Source: Somniosus microcephalus | Taxonomy: Eukaryota | DNA length: 64,000 nucleotides | Reading direction: 5' to 3' | Assembly: GCA_052327205.1 (NCBI GenBank) | Contig: CM126230.1 | Coordinates: 42,408,001 to 42,472,000, forward strand | Part shown: in pieces, positions 11,101-23,100 of the stretch | How the letters are laid out: every line of letters begins with the position of its first letter | Position numbering within the stretch: the first letter of the stretch is position 1 | Notes under the pieces: model-generated | Databases searched by the model: none | What the model was told of the DNA's origin: nothing | The model's input: only the letters and a program-made list of their open reading frames with translations | Made by a program: the position numbers and the translations under genes

Positions 11101-14100
11101 GGTTATAGACAAATCATGAAATAGGATTCACTGTACATCAACAGAAAATGCTGGAAATACTCAGCAGGTCAGGCAGCATCTGTGGCGAAAGAAACAGAGT
11201 TAACGTTTCAGGTCGATGATTCTGACGAAGGGTCATCGACCTGAAACGTTAACTGTGTTTCTCTCTCCACAGATGCTGCCTGGCCTGCTGAGTATTTCCA
11301 GCATTTTCTGCTGCTTTTTCAGATTTCCAGCATCTGCAGTATTTTGCTTTTGTATTCACTGTACATCAGCTGTCCTTGCATTAATAACATTATTGAGATT
11401 TTAAAGCTGAATTCCCCACTCGTACTGGGGAAGACTTCCATTGTTTGCTGCGTATAATGAAATTGGAAATGTTGTCTTTATATGTACGCACAGTTCGTTT
11501 CTTTCTCTCTCTGTGCAACACGGTCTGATTGGGCTGAACGGCCTGTTTTGTGGTGTTAGTTCTGCGTATACTGCTTCTCCCCTTCCCCCATTTTCTGAAG
11601 TTGGCAGCATCGACAGCAATTTGGTTTTTATACAGCGCCTTTAAATTAGAAAAACGTCCCAAGGCACTTCACAGGAGCGTTATCAGTCAAAAATTGACAC
11701 CGAGCCACAGATATTCGGGCAGGTGACCAAAAGCTTTGTCGGGGGGGAAGGTTTTAAAGAGTGCCTTGAAGGAGGAGCGAGACGTGGAGAGGTTTCGGGA
11801 GGGAATTCCAGAAATTGGGGCCTAGATGGCTGACGGCACGGCCACCAATGGTGAGGCGAAGGAGGTCGGGGATGGAATATCAGTTGAATTCAGATCTTAA
11901 ATACACAGAGGTGAAGTATTTTTGTTAGAGCACTCTTCTCTTCCCTCCTTCCCCCCCCCCCACCCCCCCACCCCACCTCCCCATCAAACAGAATGTTGTC
12001 CCAGATTTCAGGCGGTGCTTATTGTAAATTTCCAAGACCCACATGACTTCTGCTGATTGACGTTATTGTGTTTCTTTAAAGGTGCACAGTCTGATAGTGA
12101 AATTGCATCTTACCATCTCAGTGAAGTCAATTCAGATCGTGGCTACACCTCCGACTCTGAAGTGTATGCTGAGCACGGCAAACAGACCAAGGTACACCGT
12201 TCCGTCACTGACGTTGACATTGCCAGCAGTGGCTGGCTGGTGGTGAGTCTCACTAGTGAACTGTACACATTTTGACTTTTCTGTGTTTCCATGTTCTTAA
12301 ATAATCTATTGAAAGCATTTATTGCAAAAAGTCTGAAAAACTGCACTGTTCATTGATTTGCAATGAGCTGGTTGGACACGAACTCGTGAAATTACCTGAT
12401 AATGTACAATTTGCTGCATGTTAAGATGACACCGAGCGCCTTGTTGTATATTAAATGCATTTTTCCATGCAACCAGTAACACTTTGTAGAATCATACAGC
12501 ACTGAAGGAGGCCACTCGGCCCATCGTGCCTGTGCCAGCTCTCCAATCAGTCCCTCTTTCCCCGTGGCCCTGTAAATTTTTCCTTTTTAAGCATGTGTCC
12601 AATTTCCTTTTGCAAGTTACTATCGAATCTGCTTCCACCACTCTTTCAGACAGCGCATTCCAGATCACAACTCAACTCGCTGCGTTTTTAAAAAAAATAC
12701 TCCTCGTCCTCTCTCTGGATCTATTGCCAATTACCTCTGGTTGCCGTGTAAGCGGTTTCAACTGAAGCAGTTGCAGCAGTTCTATAGGAAATGCATGTGA
12801 TTGGTATGTCTGTATCTCTGTCTATCGACAACACTGGAAAATTCTCCTGTTCCCACACCAGCCATCTGAGTGAGATTTAGGTGCAGGTTTTCCACTGAGT
12901 CTGTGCCACAAAGATCTGGTTTGGGACTTTTTAACAATATTTCACTTGGAGCTCATACTGCCAAGGCAGTGAGGGCTTTCGTTCCATCAATCGGTGCTGC
13001 ATTTGAAGCCAGATTCCAGAGGTATCTAAACCACTGCACAACACAGTCCTGATAATTCTGTTTGAACATCCCTGGGAATCCCTTCTCAAGGTTTTTTGTT
13101 TAAGGGCATGCTATCTTTCTGCCACCAAAATTTGAGAAGTTCCAGTAGGACCTGTTGATTATTTCTTTGATTAATAGAAAGCTCTTGATACCCGAGACGT
13201 GACCTCAGAAGGTGAGTGCTTCCTTGAGTTGATGGTCAGAGAAGACCCTGGTCACAGTGCGTTTTTCCCTGCCATGTGTCACAGTCACAAGCCCAAACAA
13301 AGAGACCGTTCTTTTTGTGGTGGCTTCCAACTGCATAATGCTTTGCGCACATTTAACAATTTTACTCTTTCACAGTATCAAGAAATTCTTGTGTGGCATC
13401 TTGCGAGGCAACTAAACATTGTGATACGTTTTGTGCTGCCTTTGTCTTAATTGCCACTCTTGTCTGCTATATTTTTTCCCACACAGCATTGGAATCTGGG
13501 ATACTGCCAGACACTGATTTCTTTGACTGTGTGACACGTCATTTGGTGTTCGTGGAACGATATCCCGAACTGCACAAGCATTGTTTCTTCTCTCTCTTCA
13601 GGATAAAGGCAAACTTCTTGAGATTAAGTCTGCTAGTTACTGAATGTTGAAACATTGTCCTTAAATGAACATTGCTATCCTGTTTATACAGAACTGAGTT
13701 AAGTCGTTTTGAATTCAAGTGAAGTAACACTGAAAGACCAGTTACTTGAGTGGCTGTTGCAACACATTACAGACGGGCATTCTAGAATTTCCTACTTGTG
13801 TGTGAATTAATTGCCTGTGAAGTGTTGACGTCGCATCAAGCTGTTTTTCTGAAATTGGAACCAGGTCAAATTGTACTTCTAAAAAGATTTTAAATTAAAG
13901 CAGATTTCCTGCTATTTATGAATCCATATTCTGCCTCGTGCCAAGTCCCGTTCACCCATCACCCATTGTGCTCGCTGACCTACATTGGCTTCCAGTCCAG
14001 CAACGCCTCTAATTTAAAATTCTCATCCTTGTGTTCAAATCCCTCCATGGCCTCGCCCCTCCCAACTCTGTGTAACCGAGATCTCTGCGCCTCCAATTTT

Positions 14101-17100
14101 GGCCTTTTGTGCATCGCCCGTTTCCTTCGCCCCACCATTGGCAGCCGTGCCTTCAGTTGTCCAGGCACAAAGCTCTGGAATTCCCTCCCTAAATTCTCTG
14201 CATCTCTACACCTCTCCCCTCCTTAAAACTTACCTCTTTGACCAAGCTTTTGGTCACCTGTCCTAATATCTCTGTGGCTTGCTGTCAATTTTTTTCTGAT
14301 AACGCTCCTGTGAAGAGCCGTGGGACATTTTACTCTGTTGAAGGCGCTATATAAATGTAAGTTGTATATAATGGGCAACATCTGTATGGTCATGAGGCAG
14401 TGTTTTGCATTGTCCCCTATATGAGGCGATGATATGAGAACAGTTGTGTATTTATTTATAGCCCAGTTTTTAAACTTTAAAAAAATCTTATTGCTCATGT
14501 TGTTTGCAGGTGGGGAGAGATGATTTAGATACCGGCAAACTTTCTGGCCAAGGAACAAAGCAGAGCCCTTCTCCTCTCGTCAATCAGTACAGCCTAACTC
14601 TAGGGCAGGATATGGGCTCACATGATACAAAGTCGCTGATCAAGTGTGTGGAGTCACTGTCGTTCATTGTCAGAGATGCTGCCCACGTGACGCCCGAAAA
14701 CTTTGAACTCTGCGTAAAAACTATTCGCATCTTCGTAGAAGCAAATCTCAATGGCGGTAAGTTTGTAGAAGTGGTTTTTTCCCCTGATTTAACACTAGAA
14801 AAGTATGTTTCTCATTATTCAGCAAACTAGCTAGTACCAGTTTAAAGTTTTGTAAATATCCTTTACCATATGTTGCAATTGCAGAAGTGATAGTTTGGAC
14901 CTCCTGTGCCTGACACACACCAACCTGAGGCAGTGTCGACTAATACATTAACCACATGTGACTAATTGGGAATCCAGGTGTGGCTAATTGCATATCTTAT
15001 TAAATAAAAATTGAGTAATAGACAGTTGTTGGGGCCTGTGATCTCAATATTCATATTTGCACGGCGTATGTGTGTGAACTTAAACATTTTGTGCGTTTGT
15101 TGGTAAAATGGTCAGACAAAAAGCCGAGCGTGCAAGTGTTTATTGATCGTTGTGAGTGTTTGACTTCCTTGGTTACTGAATGGTGGTAGATGGTTGTTTA
15201 GTAAATATACACACGTGAAGTGCATTTTCCTATATCGTGCGTGTGTGTGTGTAGTGCGTTTTCTACTAAAGTGAGTGCATGTGGCTAAAACAATGTAACC
15301 GTACGGGGTATGTGGCTCCTCCGTGATTTCTACTGGACAGCACCAGGCTAAGGAAAGTCGATTTCAAGAAACAAACTGCCATGTGACTATTCCGCTTATT
15401 GAACTCTGTTGGTGTCTGTCGATTTTCAAAGTATACCCACCTGTACTGCTCTGGTACAATATAACAAGCCGTTACTGTGAGGCTTGTTTCCAGAGAGACA
15501 TGCTGTTGTACTGTCAAACATGTTCTGGGTGAAAATGACCACCCCAGTTCCTAAGAGGGTGAATACTTGACCCAATTCACGTATGAACTGGGGTCAAGCA
15601 AGGCCGTGTCATCGCACCAACGCTCTTCTCGATCTTCCTTGCTGCAATGCTCCATCTCACCCTCAGTAAGCTCCCTGCTGGAGTGGAGCTAATTTACAGA
15701 ACAAACGGGAAACTGTTCAACCTCTGTTGCCTCCAGTCCGGATCCAAGGTCGTCCCATCCTCTGTCGTCGAATTGCAGTATGCAGACGACGCTTGCGTCT
15801 TCGCTAACTCGGAGGTCGAACTCCAAACCATCGTCAACACCTTCACCGAAGCGTACGAGAGCATGGGCCTTACACTAAACATCCGTAAGACAAAGGTCCT
15901 CTACCAACCTGCTCCCGCCACACAGTACTGCCCCCTGATTATCAAAATCCACGACAAGGCCTTGCCTTTCTGTGCTGTAAAACTCTATGACTCTATGACA
16001 ACATGGACCACTTTCCATACCTAGGGAGCCTACTGTCAACAAGGGCAGATGTCAATGACGAAGTCCAACACCGCCTTCAGTGTGCCAGTGCAGCCTTCGG
16101 TCGCCTGAGGAAGAGTGTGTTTGAAGATCAGGACCTCAAACCCGGCACTAAGCTCATGGTCTACAAAGCAGCAGTGATGCCCGCCCTCCTGTATGCCTCA
16201 GAGACATGAACCATGTACAGCAGGCACCTCAAAGCACTGGAGAGGTACCAGCAACGCTGCCTCCGCAAGATCCTGCAAATTCATTGGTAGGATAGGTGCA
16301 CCAACGTCAGTGTTCTCGCTCAGGCCAACATCCCCAGCATTGAAGCTTTGACCACGCTCGATCAGCTCCGATGGACGGGTCACACCGTCCGCATGCCCGA
16401 TATAAGTGCTCCCAAAATAAGCGCTCTACTCGGAGCTCCGACACAGCAAGAGAGCCCCAGGTGGGCAGAGGAAACGCTTCAAGAACACCCTCAGAGCCTC
16501 CTTGAAAAAGTGTAACATCCCCACCGACACCTGGGAATCCCTGGCCCAAGACCGCACAGTGGAGGAGAAGCATCCGTGAAGGCGCCGAACACCTCGAGTC
16601 TCTTCGCCAGGAGCAAGCAGAAGCCAAGCGCAAGGAGCGCACGTCAACCCAAGCACCCCACACCCACCCGCCCCTTCAACCACCGTCTGCCCCACCTGTG
16701 ACAGAGACTCTAGGTCCCGCATTGGACTCATCAGTCACCTGAGAACTCATTTTTAATGTGGAAGCAAGCTATCCTCGCTTCCGAGGGACTGCCTAAGAAG
16801 AAGAATATTTGCCGGACTATTTAAGCACTCTCTTTTCATTAACGTGCAGATATTTTTTAGATGTTTGTAGTAAATAATTTATACCTGAGTGAGTTATTTG
16901 GTAGAAATTAGTGTTTTTAAAAGTTAGTTTGCACAGCAACTTTAGCCTTGCTGTGAAGGTTTGCAGTGATGCAAAAGTGAAGGTATATTTTAGAGCCGGG
17001 TCCCAAGTTGATTCTGGAGGACAGTATCACAAGACTTGGATTTCACACTGCCTGGCGTATAACTGAAGTATGGTGTTAAACCTGCCTTACAAAGTGCTCC

Positions 17101-20100
17101 CTTAGACCTCCTATGTACCTTTTAAACCTACCCTTACTTAACTCTATTGAGACAGAAGTCTCGCAATTGCAGCGACAGAATAAACAGTCCCTGAAGCTCC
17201 CGTGATCATTCTCCGACTACTTTTGTACCTGAAGGACACCTGCTCAATACCAAGCAATTAATGTCCCAGTTGTGTTCTTTTTTTAAAAAATGTAAAAAAT
17301 TCTGAATAGTATTGTTTTTGAAAGTTGTAGCCTCTTATTGCAGGGTACAAAACACACGAAAGGAAATCTAAAACCTACAAGTTTGACAAATCTAACCGAC
17401 TGAAGAAGAAGCAGAAGGAGAGTTCCATGAAGCGGTCGAAGAGTTTTAACCATCGTCCATCGAGGTCGCACAGCGATGATGATGAGGATGACAGTGTACC
17501 AGCGAGTTACCACACTGTGTCATTACAGGTTAGTCAGGATGTAAGTATAGCAGGTCTTTCCCATTCCTGTTCTTGGTTCACGCTACCTGTTCTCCAGTAA
17601 AGCTGTTCTGTCACTTTGCTGAGCTCGTAATTTGATTTTTATTCCACCCCCCCTCCTTTCCCCAAGCTTTGCATCATTCCTTCTTCGGAAACCTCTGCCA
17701 TTTGCTCATTGATGAGTTGTACAAGAGTGACCCAGTGAATCTGCCCTTCCCGTTTCCTTTCAATTCCTACAATTTCCTCCCCACCCTGGATCAGGATGTG
17801 TCTCCCAGTGGTCTGACTCAAATTAGGAACTCCCCACATGGGTAATGGTCCACACATAAGAACATAAGAAATAGGAGCAGGAGTAGGCCAATCGGCCCCT
17901 CGAGCCTGCTCCACCATTCAATAAGATCATGGCTGATCTGATCCTAACCTCAAATCTTCTATCACTCTGCATCCACCCGAACCCATGTGATCTCCCGGGA
18001 GAGGCGAAAAACCAGATAAAGACCCAATGGCCAATTTGGGAGAAAAAAATCTGGGAAATTCCTCTCCGACCCATCTAGGCGATCGAAATTCTTCCAGGAG
18101 ATCACTCTGTCCCTATATTTTCTACAGTACTTACCTTCTGTAAAGGCGATCTCCACCCCAGCCAGGAACAGGAATAAAACCATCTCCTGAAATCTAACAC
18201 AGAATTAGAACACAGTAGGAGCAGAACAAGGCTACACGGCCCCTGGGCCCACTCCACTACCCACAGGGCCATGACCATTCCGAACCTAGACTCATGTCCA
18301 ATTTCCTGCCCGCTCCCCGTAACCCTTAATTCCCTTTACTTCTAGGAAACTATCTATTTCTGTTTTAAATTTATTTAATGATGTAGCTTCCACAGCTTTC
18401 TGGGGCAGCAAATTCCACAAACCTACCACCCTCTGAGTGAAGAAGTTTCTCCTCATCTCAGTTTTGAATGAGCAGCCCCTTATTTTAAGATTATGCCCCC
18501 TAGTTCTAGTTTCACCCATCATTGGGAACATCCTCACCGCATCCACCCGATCAAGCCCCTTCACAATCTTATATGTTTCAATAAGATCGCCTCTCATTCT
18601 TCTGAACTCCAATGAGTAGAGTCCCAATCTACTCAACCTCTCCTCATATGACCACCCCCTCATCCCCGGGATTAACCGAGTGAACCTTCTTTGTACTGAC
18701 TCGAGAGCAAGTATGTCTTTTCTTAAGTACGGACACCAAAACTGTATGCAGTATTCCAGGTGCGGTCTCACCAATACCTTGTACAACTGCAGCAATACCT
18801 CCCTGTTTTTATATTCCATCCCCCTAGCAATAAAAGCCAACATTCCATTGGCCTTCTTAATCACTTGCTGCACCTGCATACTAACTTTTTGAGTTTCGTG
18901 CACCAGGACCCCCAGATCCCTTTGTACTACAGTACTTTCCAGTTTCTTGCCATTAAGATAATAACTTGCTCTATGATTTTTCCTGCCAAAGTGCATAACC
19001 TCACACTTTCCAGTATTGTATTCCATCTGCCAAATCTCTGCCCACTTACTTAGCCTGTCTATGTCCCTTTGCAGGTTTTTTATGTCCTCCTCACTCACTA
19101 CTTTCCGTCCCATCTTTGTATCATCTGCAAACTTTGATATGTTACACTCGGTCCCCTCCTCCAAATCGTTAATATAGATTGTAAAGAGTTAGGGACCCAG
19201 CACTGACCCCTGCGGAACACCACTAGTTACTGGTTGCCAATCTGAGAACGAACCATTTATCCCAACTCTCTGCTTTCTGTTAGAGAGCCAATCCTCCACC
19301 CACGCCAGAATATTACCCCCAATCCCATGATTTTTTATCTTTAGCAATAATCTTTTGTGTGGCACCTTGTCAAATGCCTTTTGGAAGTCTAAATACACTA
19401 CGTCCACTGGTTCCCCTTTATCCACCCTGTATGTTACTTCCTCAAAAAACTCAAGCAAATTTGTCAAACATGACTTCCCCTTCATGAAACCATGCTGAGT
19501 TTGTCCTATTAAATTATGTTTATCCAAATGTCCCGTTACTGTCTCCTTAATAATGGACTCTAACATTTTACCAACCACAGATGTTAGGCTACAGGTCTAT
19601 AGTTTCCAGCCTTCTGCCTACTACCCTTTTTAAATAAGGGTGTTACATTAGCAGTTTTCCAATCTGCCGGGACCTTTGCTGAGTCCAGTGAGTTTTGGAA
19701 AATTATTACCAATGCATCCACAATCCCTACCACTACTTCCCTCAAGACCCTAGGATGCAAGCCATCAGGTCCAGGGGATTTATCCGCCTTGAGTCCCATT
19801 ATTTTACCAAGTACCACTTCCTTAGTGATTTTAATCGTATTTAGTTCCTCCCCCCCTAGAGCCCCCTGTTTGTCCAGTGTTGGGATATTCTTAGTGTCCT
19901 CTACTGTAAAGACTGATACAAAATAATTGTTCAGTGTTTTTGCCATCTCCATGTTTCCCACCATTAATTTCCCGGTCTCATCCTCTAAGGGACCAACATT
20001 TACTTTAGCCACCCTTTTTCTTTTTATATAACTATAGAAACTTTTACTGTCTGTTTTTATATTTTTTGCTAATTTACTTTCATAATCTATCTTCCCTTTC

Positions 20101-23100
20101 TTAATCAATCTTTTGGTTATTTTTTGCTGTCTTTTAAAGACTTCCCAATCTTCCATCCTCCCACTATATTTGGCTACCTTATATGCCCTTGTTTTTAGTC
20201 GGATACTATCCTTAATTACTTTACTTAGCCACGGATGGCTATCTTTTGTTTTACACCCTTTTTTCCTCAGTGGAATATATTTTTTTTGGAAGTTGTAAAA
20301 TAACTCCTTAAATGTACACCACTGGTCATGTACCGTCTTACCCTTTAATCTATTTTCCCAGTCCACTCTAATTAATTCCGCTCTCATACCTTCATAGTCT
20401 CCTTTATTCAAGCTCAGCACGCTTGTTTGAGATCCAACCTTCTCACCCTCTAATTGAATATGGAACTCAACCATGTTATGGTCACTCATTCCAAGGGGAT
20501 CCTTTACTAGGACATTTTTAATTAATCCTGTCTCGTTACACAGGACCAGATCTAAGGTTGCTTGCCCCCTGGTCGGTTCAGTTACATACTGCTCAAGAAA
20601 CCCATCCCTAATACACTCAATGAACTCTTCCTCAAGGCTGCTCTGCCCAATTTGATTTGTCCAGTTAATATGATAATTAAAATCCCCCATAATTATAGAT
20701 GTTCCCTTATTACAAGCCTCAACTATTTCCTGATTAATACTCCGTCCAACAGAGTTGCAACTGTTCGGAGGCCTATAGACTACACCCACTAGTGTTTTTT
20801 TCTCCTTATTATTCCTTATCTCCACCCAAACTGTTTCACTATCCTGCTCCTTTGACCCAATATCATTTCTCTGTATTATAGTGATTCCTTCCTTTATTAA
20901 CATAGCCACCCCACCTCCTCTCCCTTCCTGCCTGTCCTTCCTGATTGTTAAATAACCTGGTATGTTTAATTCCCAGTCATGGTCACCCTGCAGCCATGTT
21001 TCTGTAATGGCCACAAGATCATACCCATATGTCATTATTTGTGCCATTAACTCATTCATTTTGTTACGAATGCTACGTGCATTCAAATAAAGAACTTTCA
21101 AATATGTTTTGTAACACTTAGTTCCTGTTTTTTCCCTTTTTAGTACTTTACTTTTTACTCCATACCTTCTGTCCCTTCCTGACACATTCTGTTTTTTAAT
21201 TCCCCCACTGCTACCTAAGTCTATGACCTTCTCTGTTGTCATTTCTATTATTTGCTCTCTAGAAACCTCCCCCCCACTAATTAGTTTAAAGCCCTCTCTA
21301 CAGCCCTAGTTATATGATTCGCCAGGACTCTAGTCCCAGCACTGGCCAAGTGGAGTCTATCCCAACAGAACAGCTCCCTCTGGCACCAGTACTGGGACAG
21401 GTGTCCCAAGAAGCAAAACCCATTTCTCCCACACCAGTCTTTGAGCCACGCATTTAACTCTTTAATTTTATTTATCCTAGCCAAATTCGCTCGTGGCTCA
21501 GGTAATAACCCAGAGATTATTACCCTTGAGGTTCTGTTTTTTAATTTGACCCCTAGCTGCTCATACTGCTTTAACAGAACCGTCTTCCTTGTCCTATCTA
21601 CGTCGTTTGTACCAACATGGACCACGACAACTGGATCCTCCCCCTCCCACTCCAAGTTTCTTTCCAGCCCAGAAGAGATGTCCTTAACCCTGGCACCAGG
21701 CAGGCAACACAGCCTTCGGGACTCCCGCTCTTGACTGCAGAGAACCCTATCTATCCCCCTAATGATACTATCCCCTACCACTACAACATTTCTTTTTACT
21801 CCCTCCACTTGAATGGCCCCCTGTACCACGGTGCTGTGGCCAGGTTGCTCATCCTCCCTGCAGTCCCCACTCCCGCCCTCACAGGGAGTAAGAACCTCGA
21901 TCCTGCTGGACAAGAACAAGGGCTGCGTCTCCTTCAACACTACATCCTGGATCCCTGTACCTTCCTCACTCGTAGTCACACCGTCCTGTCCCTGACCACG
22001 GACTACATCTGCAGTAATTAACTTCATAGGTGTGACCATCTCCTGAAAAATAGAGTCCAGGAACTTCTCCCCCTCCCTGATGTGTCGCAGTGTCTGAAGC
22101 TCGGTCTCAAGCTCCATAACATGGAACTTGAGTTCCTCTAGCAGCAAACACTTGTCGCAGATGTAATCACCGTGAGCCTCAATGGGGTTCACCGGCTCCC
22201 ACATCTCGCAACAGTAACACATTACCTGCTCCATTCTATATAATTAATTTAATTTCTTATTATTAGTTATGAAGACCCTGCCCGGATATATATGATAATA
22301 TCACACCACTATTCAATAGGACTTACCAACTTAAAGGTATAAAAGAGAAGAGAAGGAAGAAAACCAACCAACCAGCTGATCACCAACCTCCTCCTTGAAT
22401 ACTGTCTGTGGAGCCTGTTTGGTTGACTCGTCTCGCTGCTCCGCCTCCGCAGTGCTGTCTAAGCTTCAAATAATTGACTTCTTAACACACTAAAATTCAC
22501 AAAATACACTTAAATGATTTTTCTCCCACTTAGCAAAACTCCAACAGCACTCAATGCACAATATTCACCCAGCCCGTTCCTTTAACTTCCTCAGACTCCT
22601 TCTAACTGTAACCTTGACTGATCTCTTTACTGCTGGTTGGGATTTCAGATTTTAAAGACCGCACATTTTTTAGGTGACTGGATAAAGAAATTTAGATTTT
22701 AGTTAAGTCACAAGGAGTATCGAAGCTTTCGATCCTATTTTGTTTAGTTTCGATGTAAACGAGCTCCCTCTCCTCTTTTGGGGAATGTTGTTCAACTAAA
22801 CTCTCCTACACACGAGGAAATCTTTTCCCAAGTGAATAAAACTCCAGATTTCTCCTCACAGATAGAACTCCTGAATAAAGTGGGTCTGCATTTCATATTG
22901 AAGTTATTGTGCCTCTTCAGCCCGAATTATAATGTTTCCTCTGAAGCATGCGGTTCGATGATTCTGACACCAATCTGTTATTTATGCAACAAATTAATTC
23001 TTTGGTTATTATTAATGGAGCAGAAAAAGTTTGGAGAATGATGATAAAAATGAATGTTCTCTCTCATTCTAGATTTTGGTACTCAGAAATTCACATTACT

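Larger units (their letters stand above)
17854..22460 (-). mobile_element. Near full-length CR1 LINE (ORF1, ORF2 and long 3' UTR); 5' end uncertain and may extend to about 22880
   Basis: ORF1 at 21281-22234, APE-RT ORF2 in three pieces at 18292-21242, (TTCTTATG)n tail at 17854-17870. Confidence 0.93.

Noticed and set aside
18437-22021. Plus-strand ORFs overlapping the CR1 (and 47339..47746 on the - strand)
   Set aside because: Antisense shadows of LINE coding frames.
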